Of a stretch of DNA of 64,000 nucleotides, positions 22,301 through 32,405 are shown in pieces. Where the stretch lies: NCBI RefSeq assembly GCF_000002075.1, contig NW_004797478.1:446197-510196 (forward strand). The letters are read 5' to 3'. This DNA comes from Aplysia californica (Eukaryota). The position numbers were made by a program, and so were the translations under genes. Position 1 is the first letter of the stretch. Each line of letters opens with the position of its first letter. The notes under the pieces were generated by a model, which saw only the letters and a list, made by a program, of their open reading frames with translations, made no database searches and had not been told where the DNA came from.

Positions 22301-25300
22301 ACAAGTGGTTTGGGTTTTTTTTAGTTATAAGTATGAACTGTTATGATTCAGTATGGTGAGTTCCCATTCTACCTGACCCATTCATAGAAACTTTTTCATC
22401 GAAAATCTTTTATAAATTTTTTTTTTTAAATATTTTTTTAAAAAATCTATATAATACAATTCTGGTGGTTCAATCTTTGCGTCTTAAGAAGAAACCACAC
22501 GCTTTTCCAACCTCAAAATCTAAACAGAACATTCAATATGCCTAAGAGCATGATGGAGCCAGATTTTTATTGTTTTTAACGTAAGAATTTATTAAACCTT
22601 ATCCATACGTCGTGTTTTACTATCATATCCATACCACATGGGAAACTCTGTGCCACCACTTTCCAAAGGGTAAATTTACTCGTTAATCCGATCGGTACGC
22701 TTTGCATAGCAGTCTCTCAAAATGATTTTTTGAGAAATACTGAAAGTTTCATAGAGATCTTTGGACTAGAAGTCTTCTCAAATGTGAAGAATACAACCAT
22801 GGGGGTACAAAGTGACCCCAGGGTATACGAATAGGGTTAAATTGTAAATTTCAATTGCTACATACATTGGAAGTCGGATTCAACGAAAACTCGGATTCAG
22901 CAAAAGGAGTTGGATTTCCTGGGGGGGTGGTTATTCATAAAAATCAATAAAAATAACTCAGAGTCAACGAACACATAAATGAGCAAGCTCAGATTCAACG
23001 CAGTCGCTTGCAGTTGCAGGAACAACAAAAGGAGACCTCCTTCTTTTTCTTTCCTCATCCTTACTATCATCATTTTACCTCTACTTCTTTTGTATGTTTG
23101 TCTCTCTCTTTTGAACTGCTATTTCTGGGGTGCCTTGATAGTCGAAGCAGACTTTGTACTGTTGAGGCTATAGGGGTGAGCAGAGTAAGCCTGATTCTCC
23201 GTTTGGACTTCTCTATTGACATCCACTCATTGGTGCTCATTTGATCTTATGCAGTTGCTAGCACTGTAAAACTGTACTAAAACTAAGCAGTTGCAGGGTG
23301 AACAGTCCCCGCTGACATGGCTTTGCCACTTTGCTCATTTTTCTCCCGAAGTGAACCATATCTAATCCTGGAAACCATCTATGGTACTGCATCGTAAACC
23401 ATTATTCTCTTTACCGTTTGGTTTATATCTTATGCGACTAATCAGCGGCCTTCTTTCGTACCAACACACATGTTGTTAGCATGCACGCATGCGGTTAAGA
23501 ATCTAGAGGAGCAATACCTCAATAAAAAACACCAGTCCTGTGGCTGACCATCTGCCATAAGGATACACAACTGTAGGTCAATCAACCTTACACAAATCCT
23601 AATCTCACAGTGTACCTACTACGTGCTAATGGGATAAATGGCTATAGGACTAAGTAGTCGCTAATGTTGGCTTCTAAGCAAAAGGGATGGCGCCAGGCGT
23701 ATGGACTCTGTAAGGACATCCCCTGTCCCTTCCCTGGTATAGGGCTCTGCCAGGGTGACTGTTTTTTTCTCTACCTTAGAAAAACCAAACATTAGTAAAA
23801 GTTTAGAAAATCTAAAAAGGAAACGGCGCAGGAGCAAGGGAGAACGTGCTCCTTTTGCAAAGCTCTCTCCTGAATCATTGCTGAGGACTGAGGGTAGGAG
23901 AGGGAGGAGGAGAGGAAAGAGAGGAGTTGCTAGTAAAAGAAGAACAGGGTAAAGAAAGAATCAGGGAAAAACAGACAGGCTCAAAATGGAAAACATCTGC
24001 ATTGGCTATTGGAATTGCCGCAGACTTCTTTAATTTGCAGGAGACCAATTCTAAAACCTTTTCATGTCCTGGGTACACGTCATATATATCAACCCAGTGA
24101 GCCCGACTCATCGTGTATCAGCCACACTGGTTAGGAATGGTAGCCTACACTGGGTAAGAGGCGTCTCTGCTTGGGACAAGGAGGACAGGGAGCTACAATC
24201 ACTTGAGCTAACGATCCGCAACAGGTCATGGGTCATTGTTAATCTCTATGCTGGAGGTGGAAAACTTGTCAAGGAAGATGACTGGGAGTTTCTCCATGAG
24301 CTATGCGATCTTGGAGATGTTGTCCTAATTGTTGGGGACTTCAATGCTAGAAGCTCGGCCTGGGGCCATGTCAACGAAAATGGTCAGGGAAAAGCTTTAG
24401 ACAGCAAGTTGATTGAAAGTGATCTCCACATCGTCAACATTTCCACCATGACAAGACTATATCAAAGAACTGGCGAGCAGGACTCCAATATTGATCTGGC
24501 CCTGATCAAAACAAGTGGCGAAGCTTTTACACAATGGAGTGTACTGGCAGATCATGGTAGCGACCACCTGCCATGCTCAGTTCTAATACAGTCCGTGCCG
24601 GCTATAAGCACGCCGGCCTTAAGCACGTTTCGGACTCAAGCACGCTAAACGGCTCTTACTGAATTTTTGCTATATAAATTACACCCCTATAAGCATGGTA
24701 ACTTCGGCTTCAAGCACGCTTCATTTACAAGGCAGTCAATATTTTCATGATGACCCATCGAAGTTCGAACACAGTTTACACCGCAACAGTGGAGTGTGTC
24801 AAGAGAAACACAAAGAACGCAAGTGATGGACACACACACTCGCACGGGCGGAGAGGAAGGCAAAGAGATGCACACAGCCGTTCGTGCGGACATAGGATCT
24901 AGCCTAGGCCTAGGGCAAAGCTACACACGATCCAAAAAAAAAAAAGGGAGTCGGGGAGATGAGAAAGGGAGGCTGGCTGCGATTTCACCTTTGACCCTCG
25001 CTACCCATTAATCCTGATTGTGTATCACGCGCGAGGTGGGATGGAGGCGGTGGTATGAGTGACACAGCGGGCAGTGGTACGCACAGGCAGTGTGTTACAG
25101 TAGGCCTAGTGTGCTGTATCGTGGAGTCTAAATTAAGTTTTCATTTCCCATTCGACCACAAACAAAAACAAACAAGCGAACAAAAACTACCATGGCGGGT
25201 GTCTAAATAACAGTGCACACTTTTGTGGGACCACTACAGGCCTACTTACAAACAAAGGGAAATAGCACGGGGAATTTTCTACATGAAGATCTCTGGATTA

Positions 25301-28300
25301 TGTCTACTTCGCACTTAAGCACGCTTCGGCTTTAAGCGCGCTTAAGCTTTCTCCCGATGACCGTGCTTAAAGCCGGCATGGACTGTAATCAAAGGGTGCA
25401 AAGGCAGTGAAACAAAAGGTCAAGAGGGTGTTTAAGTACAAACCAGACACCTCGGCCTTGGGAGGCCTGAGAAAGAAAACCTGGAACAGAGAACCTTTAA
25501 GATCTAATGTTGCACAGCCACCATTGTGGAGCAAGGAAATTGATTGCCTGTGGAAAGAGAAGAGGAAAGCTGTTAAGGACTTGCAAAGAAAGAGGAAGAA
25601 ACCCAATGTCACAGGAAGAAAGGGAGGCAGCTAAAGAGAAGATGAGGCAGGCTCGAGATAAGTTCAAAGCTGAAGCAGATAGGACTTAAAAGACAAAGTG
25701 GGAAGAGTTTGTGAAAAACATTGCAGCTGAGAAGGCACTCTCAAAGTTCTGGAAACTGCAAAAGAAGATATGTGGACAGGGTCACTCAAAAACCACCGTG
25801 AATGTGAAGGACGAGTCAGGAAAGACACTCCAAACTGATGAAGAGAAAGGAAGGGCTTTCTTGGACCGATTCATACGTCAAACACACCTGGGAAATATAG
25901 ACTCAAGAAAGGAAGTTGAAAGAGATATTTCAAATGCGCTGACCCCACAGATGTATGCAAACTACGAGGATGCGAAGAGGTTTCCCGAACATTAAAACAT
26001 GCCTATGACAGTGCTGGAGGGCAGAATAGTGTAAGGTATTGCCGTATGAAAGAAGCAGACGATGAGATGATTGAAGAAATGACAAAAAACTTCAACATGA
26101 GCACTGGCACTGGCAAAATCCCTGAAGAATGGTTGCACAGCTCTTTGAAACCAATCCCCAAACCAAGAAAAGACCATTCGGCTCTCAGTGGTTACTGGAT
26201 CATAGCCATGCAGAACACCTATGAGAAAATTCTGGACGGATATCAGCACACTTTGAGAAGAAGTCACCGTTACCAAATGAGCTTGGCAGCTATAGACCCC
26301 ATCAAGAAACTGCTGTGAATGCAGCAGTCGTGGCGTATGACATCTATGAAGGCTTTCAGCAGCGGAAGAAAACAGTTGTGATGGCACTTGACCTTGAAGA
26401 TGCTTACAACCGGGTCAACTATGAACGTTTGATCGACGGCCTCCTGGAATTTGATGTGGACATATGGCTGATAAGATGAGTAGCTGTAGCCCTAGTGGAG
26501 AGAAAAATGGCTCTGAGACGGGGTGAATGGACTTCAGATCCCATATCAATTTCTCCAGGATTGCCCCAAGGATCCCCCCTTTCTCCTGTGCTTTTCAATG
26601 TGTACACTTCACAGGTAATGATGCATCAGAAGGAATCTGGACGTGTCCTGAGCTTTGCAGATGACTTAATGGCATACAAGCACAGAGATGACAGACTTCA
26701 GCTGGCAAGGAACATGGAGAAAAGATTTCACTCTGTTGTTAAATGGTACGACCAAAATGAAGCAGTTATCCATCCTTCAAAAGCAAAGGTACTTTGGTGT
26801 TCCCTCGTAACAGGATTGTTCAAGACATAACTCCTCCAATCACTTTCAACTATGAGGTTATCGACAGACAGTCAGAGCTGAAGTATCTGGGAATAGCATG
26901 TGGATCATGTTGTTACAAAGGCCAATGTGGGTGCAATCAAGACCATGGCAGCCGCTCTGACTCTACAAAGAGTGCTCTTCCTGATGTTGCAGCTGGTCGT
27001 CTTATCTGTCATTGATTACGGATTGGACTGTCTCACTCTGTTTGACACACAGATCACAAAGCTGGATTGAATGCAGAATGAGGTAATGAGAGCATTGCTG
27101 GGCTGCACCAAGGACACTCTAATATTGTACATGCGCTTCTTGCTAGGTTTAAGTGGCATCAGAGTATGCCGTAGGATAGCGCAAGCAAAGATGTATCTAA
27201 GTGTAATGGGCAAGAAAGATCATCCACTACACAAAGTACTTCATGACAAAAAGAGAGGCAGAATCAAAAGAGGAAAATCTTGGATGGCAGAAGTAGAGGA
27301 TTCTCTCAGTAAAGTCTGTGTACCTGAAAATCTACCACTTGGCGAAGAATGGACACAGGTGGCAGAGAATACAGGGACCTCACCTAGGTCGAAGTAAGCA
27401 TGGGCAGAGACAGAAGAAATGTTGCAGCTTCCGTCAACGAGAGTGATATCATCGAGATTGTTGACAGAAACTCGAAAGCAGGCGATCTTGTAATTTATAC
27501 AGATGGCTCAGTGAAAAGAGATAACCAACTAAGTGGATGGGGATTTGTTGCATTCCCAACAATAAAATCATCCACAGTGCATCTGGAGCCTGCAGCAGGG
27601 CTACATCAAATATGCGAATGGAAATTGAAGCCATCACGAAAGCACTTGAATGGATGGCCCAAGATCGTCCCCACACAACCCATGCTGTTCTCATCACAGA
27701 TTCCATGTGTACCCCTAGAAAGATCGAAAAAGGTTTCCAGAGACCAGAATGGATTCAACTGATTGAAGCAACGCCAATAAGATCGCTCACATGTATTTTC
27801 TGCCCTGGCCATGCAGGCAGTAAAGGAAATGAAAAAGCCGAGAGACTGGCTGGTGAGGCCACCTCAGTAGACATCATGGTTCAAGCAGACAAGGTCGATA
27901 TCCTGAAATGTCTCTCTCGCCACCTGATTAAAGAGGAAGATAAGGAGGCAGAGGCCAGTACTGCTGTGGAGAGGATAATGGTTTTGGGAGTACAAAAAGG
28001 AAGCAGAAAATCTGGCACCCTTAAAGGAAAGAACAGAAGAACATTCAACCAGATATGCACCGGCACAATCAGTAGAAAGGTCCTCGCAACTTTTTGGAGA
28101 GAGCAACGATGCATCAATGGACATGTCCGGAATGCAAGGATGTTGCTTCCTGAAACAATGGAACAATATAGATGATAGATGACACAGGCGTACATTTGAT
28201 AAAATTGGCCGTTTTGCACTGTGTGTGCTTGGTAGTGTTCAGTGTATTTTCCTGGAATTTTCCAGCATTTCTTCGTATGGCATCATAGAAACTAAAATTC

Positions 28301-31300
28301 CTCTCTATTGAAACCAAAGTACTTTTGGTTGAGAAAGTCAAATACATTATACATTATACATTTCTCGCTTGGTGCCTGTAATTATCTACACAAAAACCTT
28401 ATGTTTGCTATAACAAACTCTCGGATTGAAGGAAATTGAAGGTCAAGCCTGACGACTTTGCTGAATCTGAGTTCCACTGTATGTTTGTGAAATACTCCAG
28501 AATTGAGACATTGATTTCCTATTCCACTTTTTAAAATTCTGTTCAGTATTGGCTCACAGCTGCATAGGTAAAAGCATACGGGAATCTCTAATGCATGCTT
28601 TACTTACTGCCGACTCTGTATTATTATAAAATGTTGAACAAGACGCTTTTTTAAAGAAATTAACTATAAATGTCCCATGTATTTCAAGTGTTGAGACTTA
28701 CCATACGACAATTTGTTCTATTCTCTAGTGATCCAACCCCTTGCTGTTTAAAAAGCTATTTTTTGTGTGTATAATATGACACTTTTAGAGGAATGAATAA
28801 AACGGCAAAGATGTGTGTGGGGGGGGGGGGATTGGATTTTTTTAAATAATTTGTTTGAGGTCCAAATATCTATACATATGAGATATAATTCTGGTGAAGC
28901 CGACCTTTGCGTCACTTTTTAGAAGAAGCCAGACACTCTTCGGAACTCGAATTTTAAATGAAGGTACCTCTAACCTTCGAGCTAAAGAATTATAAAGCTG
29001 TATGTTTTGATCACAGTGGATTGTTATGAAATACTCCAGAATTGAGCTACTGCTTTACAATTCCTCTTTTAATAAGAAATGTGCGTGTCGGCTATTCAGT
29101 ATAGGTTCAAAGTTGGTTAGTGAGTTTAGGTTCACAATGTCATGTGTATGTCTGTGACACAGCTTTTAGGTGGGAGGTCATTTGGATGGGTCCTTGAGCA
29201 ACACACAATAACCCTAACTTAGTTTAAACAGGGCACTGCACAGTGGTGACCAGCAATTGTGTGCGGATTGTCATTGTTTGTGACATTGTGTATTATTCAT
29301 GCATTTTATTTATTTATTTGTGTGATTATGTGTGTTATCATAAAACAAATTTCCCGCCAGATCAGTAAAGTGGAATTTATGTTTATTTTTATTCTTTATT
29401 TAGTTTATATTATATTCCAAAGACACAGTAACATCCAGACTTTCGTCAATTAGGCGTGCCTGTAATGGCAGTCGAAAGTGATACATGATGGTCAGAGCCC
29501 TGAGTTTTAGGTTATCATGCCAAAAGTATGTGGGCTGTCAGTTATTATATACTTGCTGTCATGCCCCATGCATAAATGATGTGCTGACTTGTGTGTGCTG
29601 GGGAGGAGGGGATTTGTCAGGTGGTTTGAATTAGCATTTTAGTATGTTATGAAGGACTACTTTATGGTTCTTTAGAGTACTGAACGACCTTAATTGTCTG
29701 ATGGCTTTTAAAAATTCCTTTATTGAAATGTGTTAGAAAGAAAGACTTGAAAGGATTGCAATAACTTTTTTTATACACTTATTGACTTAAATATAAATCT
29801 AATGTTGTTTTATTTATGTAATTTAGAATATACATGTAAGTGTTTCTAGCAGCAGATAGATTTATGCACTCATGTAATCACTGTTCTGTTTAAAAAAGCA
29901 TTTTGTTGCACTTCAACTGCACTTTTATTGGAGCTCTATGAAGCATCTAAATGTGTTGAAAGAGGTGAATTGATAAAGAGTTCCTTGGCAAAAACTCACT
30001 TGTCCTATATGGCAAGAAAGAGAAACATAGCTTGTTTTCCCCATACTCATGTTTTAGCTTCGAGTTACAGTCTGTAAATTAATTTCCATTGTCACAAGTC
30101 ACAATGTCTGACCACTTTTGGAAAATTTTTAGAAATTCTACTGTTTGTGGCAGACATGTTTTCTCATTTTTCTCCTTTCAAAACTTGTGGACAAAATTAA
30201 AATAGACTTTGTCATGGAACTATTCATACGTATGTCTCAAGGTAGAAATTTGTACCACTTTCTTGTTTGTTTATTACAGTATAAAGCATTGAGTTTTTGA
30301 GTCTTAAAGAAAACAACCAATGTTTCAGGACAAATACGATGACATGCTGATTGGTGTGAAGTCAACAGCACTCAAGCTTGGAGACAACACAAAGCCTTGG
30401 CTGTATGGTTTTACTGCCCTTATGTCGGGAGGGTTAACCACAGCTGGTTTAATGAATGATATGACTTGGCCTTACTACGCTGCCGTTGCCATCACATGTG
30501 GAAGGCTGGCTCAGCAGGTAGAGTGGGGAGTCTTGAACATCGTAGCAGTAACAGTGGGGGATTCGTTAGGTGGCAAGTTTTACCTCATTGAGGATACACA
30601 TTCTGGTCATTCAACAATGCTTTAATGTTCTGTTTTGAGGCATAACTTTAGTATTATTTAAACAGATTTTGCGAATTCGTTTTCTTTATCTGAAACTTTA
30701 AAAGGCATACAACAACATGCATACCATGAAGTATGCAAACTCGTGTTTCTGATTTGAGAATGATGGTTCAAAATGTGCCGAAACATTTCCTCTCTCTGCT
30801 GCTGATTGGACACATGTGTCTGCTCTACGTCCTGAAAGAGTAAAAAGAGTTTAGATTTGCCATCATGGGTGGTTGGCGGGTGCTCTGGTGTGGTTTGCTC
30901 CTTCTTTCCTATCAAACATCTATCATCTTTTTCTCCCTTCCTTTTATTTTGTTTTGTTACTCTCTTGTAACACCTCTATTCTTCAGCACTTATATGACCT
31001 TATTGTGTTGCAAGTGCCATAAAACTCTTACTAAAAAGATTTGCCATCACTCTGATTCATCAGTTACTACACAGGTCTTTTATTGACTCACAAGGTCATA
31101 CAAGAATGGGCTAATGACCTGGAGTGGCTGGGTCATCAAGTAATAACAACAAAGGGTACCTATGATAATAATATGTACACTTGGAACATTTTTGGGTGTT
31201 TTTTATTTGTATATCTTGACCGTATTTTATTGAATTTTCTAATTGCACTTTTAAAATCAACTGTTTCATGTAAGAATCTGCCAAAATCCATTTTGAAAAA

Positions 31301-32405
31301 TGATATAGGTATTACAGAGTCTTACGCTGAGCAGTCGAATTGCGCACATGGTCACGAAAAATTTGCTTCATTTTCGTCAATTAGAATTAATTTTTAAACC
31401 TTGCAGTGAGCATGTCTTATCTAAAAGTTTTTGAAGTTATAGTGATAGTTTGTAGTCTTATCCTTTCCAATTGAGTGTTTTTTGTGTGGACACTTGAAAC
31501 AGACTTTTGGACTGAGATGGTTTGACTTTATCATCTTTGAGGAACTATTGCCCATTAAAAGGAAGATAAAAAAGGAAGCAACATGATAGAGAAGATCATG
31601 ATTGATCAGACTTGCATATGTTTAGTAAATCGGTGAGTGACAAGTATAAACTTGAAAGGCTTCTGAGATGGTTAGAGGAGCAGAGGAAAACCAAGAACAA
31701 GGGAGAGAAAGATAGAGGCAAAAGCCGAGACACTAGTCTAAATAATGATGATGATAATAATAATGATGATGATGATGACAATAATAAATGATATTTTTGT
31801 ATGGCGCAAATTCTTGCTCAACAGTGAGCTGTATATTTTTTCCCCTGCAGACCTGATAGCTTTCTGAAACCATCTCAACTTCCTTGGAAGCATACAGTGC
31901 AAGCTTCCATTTTACAGGCTCTAAATCACTAACACACTGACAAGATCTTTTGCTGTGTATGTCCATATCCATTCACACTTGGTGAAGTGAGGAAAATTGT
32001 GTTCCCCAAGAATACATCGTTGAGCCGATCTGAGCTTTGAACCTCTGAACCCACAACCTCATTAGAATTCTAGAAGTGAAAGATTCATAGGACAGACATA
32101 TTTTGGAGTACTTTTTTGATGGCTTGTACTCGTTATGGAGTTTGGAGGTTTGAAGGCAAGAGAAGGGGGCGGGGGGGTTGGGTTTTTGTGCATCTTGTTT
32201 TTTTAACTTTTCTTATGTTTAAAGTGGTTTTTGTTTCCTTTTTCAGACATACTCGGTTGATCTGAATAGTGCTGATGACTGCGCCAAAACTTTTCGGGGT
32301 AACTTCTACCTAGGGGTTGTGATGTTTGTCGGCATTATCATGGCCAACATTCAGAAGTCTAAGCGACAAAGGGCTGACGATGACGGATTTGAAGTGGACG
32401 CTTGA
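6778..32405 (+). CDS. COQ2: 4-hydroxybenzoate polyprenyltransferase, mitochondrial (UbiA family), whole gene: join(6778-7366, 8783-8949, 9515-9636, 10372-10457, [14625-14755 OR 18885-19018], 30329-30517, 32247-32405); 480 or 481 aa
   Basis: All junctions are GT-AG and phase-compatible. Motifs [26 protein letters not shown] (first Asp-rich motif), [24 protein letters not shown] and YDTIY(A/S)HQDKYDD (second Asp-rich motif), GVKSTAL. Confidence 0.97.
7694..8002. mobile_element. piggyBac-like MITE
   Basis: TTAA-CACTTACAGTAC ... GTACTGTAAGTA-TTAA termini. Confidence 0.6.
8375..8488 (-). mobile_element. 5' fragment of the SINE family found at 12029 and 18037
   Basis: Reverse complement GGGCTCTCATAGTC...TCTCATTCAATAAGTCCTGGGTTCGAAATCTG matches the heads of those copies. 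Confidence 0.7.
8783..8949 (+). CDS. COQ2: COQ2 coding exon 2 (167 nt)
   Basis: ttttcag|GT ACA TGG...GCC AAG|gttagt; [13 protein letters not shown]...[12 protein letters not shown]. Confidence 0.97.
9515..9636 (+). CDS. COQ2: COQ2 coding exon 3 (122 nt)
   Basis: gtgcag|GTT GAG...TAC AG|gtgagc; [40 protein letters not shown]. Confidence 0.96.
10372..10457 (+). CDS. COQ2: COQ2 coding exon 4 (86 nt; not in ORF track)
   Basis: ttccacag|T GTT TTA...ATG TTG G|gtaagg; [30 protein letters not shown]. Confidence 0.95.
11293..11728. mobile_element. Tc1/mariner-type MITE
   Basis: About 35-bp TIR TGTGAGGCAG(C/A)GTGGTGGAATCAGGCTCTC(G/C)TCAA flanked by TA. Confidence 0.8.
12029..12536 (+). mobile_element. 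tRNA-derived SINE (family 2)
   Basis: A box TGGCCTAGAGG, B box GGTTCGAATC; colinear with the copy at 18037-18528. Confidence 0.85.
12702..13475. mobile_element. Tigger/pogo-like MITE spanning the first gap
   Basis: TA-CAGTGAAACTGGGATA ... TATCCGAGTTTTACTG-TA. Confidence 0.6.
12824..12923. other. Assembly gap (100 N) within poly-C
   Basis: Seen directly. Confidence 1.
14625..14755 (+). CDS. COQ2: COQ2 alternative exon 5, rhodoquinone type (COQ-2e-like), 131 nt
   Basis: ttttcccag|GG CTA ACA TTA AAC TGG...TAC TCT CAT CAG|gtatat; [44 protein letters not shown]; Leu at 14633-14635 and Ser at 14747-14749. Confidence 0.92.
18037..18528 (+). mobile_element. tRNA-derived SINE (family 2)
   Basis: Colinear with 12029-12536 and ends in the same CATCGTAAAACACTTACC. 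Confidence 0.85.
18885..19018 (+). CDS. COQ2: COQ2 alternative exon 5, ubiquinone type (COQ-2a-like), 134 nt
   Basis: cttcttgtag|GG TTC ACA TTC AAC...TAT GCC CAT CAG|gtaagg; [45 protein letters not shown]; Phe at 18893-18895 and Ala at 19010-19012; branch-like GCTAAT at 18830-18835. Confidence 0.95.
19296..19780. mobile_element. Tigger/pogo-like MITE
   Basis: TA-CAGTGGAAACC..ATATAACTG ... CAGTTATATCAGGTTTTCACTG-TA. Confidence 0.75.
21091..21438. repeat. Head-to-head inverted pair of a dispersed SINE-like repeat
   Basis: 21091-21249 is a reverse copy and 21263-21438 a forward copy of the repeat also seen at about 6535-6700 and 30865-31035. Confidence 0.7.
21916..22154. mobile_element. piggyBac-like MITE
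   Basis: TTAA-CTCTTTATCTCCG ... CGGAGATGAAGAG-TTAA. Confidence 0.75.
22596..22836. mobile_element. piggyBac-like MITE, uninterrupted copy of the family at 637-3833, opposite orientation
   Basis: TTAA flanks; internal sequence is the reverse complement of 637-764 plus 3688-3833. Confidence 0.8.
23035..23282 (+). repeat. Dispersed SINE-like repeat shared with 56875-57120
   Basis: Near-colinear TTTCTTTCCTCATC...GAACTGCTATTTC...GCAGACTTTG...GTGAGCAGAGTAAGCCTGATTC...TACTAA. Confidence 0.7.
23700..28175 (+). mobile_element. Decayed LINE (I-group; Ingi/Nimb-like) with APE, RT and RNase H
   Basis: APE: [21 protein letters not shown] (24064-24588). RT: [33 protein letters not shown] (26046-26900). 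RNase H: [25 protein letters not shown] (27400-27860). Many frameshifts and stops; the 5' boundary is approximate. Confidence 0.9.
24589..25385. mobile_element. Tigger/pogo-like MITE inserted into the LINE just after the APE domain
   Basis: 24-bp TIR CAGTCC(G/A)TGCCGGCT(A/T)TAAGCACG; TA TSD at 24587-24588 and 25386-25387. Confidence 0.9.
30329..30517 (+). CDS. COQ2: COQ2 coding exon 6 (189 nt)
   Basis: tttcag|GAC AAA TAC GAT GAC...CAG CAG|gtagag; [25 protein letters not shown]...RLAQQ. Confidence 0.96.
32247..32405 (+). CDS. COQ2: COQ2 terminal coding exon 7
   Basis: tttttcag|ACA TAC TCG GTT GAT...GCT TGA; [52 protein letters not shown]. Confidence 0.92.
   Translation, partial: TYSVDLNSADDCAKTFRGNFYLGVVMFVGIIMANIQKSKRQRADDDGFEVDA

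Larger units (their letters stand above)
22865..28479. mobile_element. Tigger-like MITE split by SINE and LINE insertions
   Basis: TA-CATTGGAAGTCGGATTCAAC at 22863 mirrors GCTGAATCTGAGTTCCACTG-TA ending at 28481. Confidence 0.55.
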
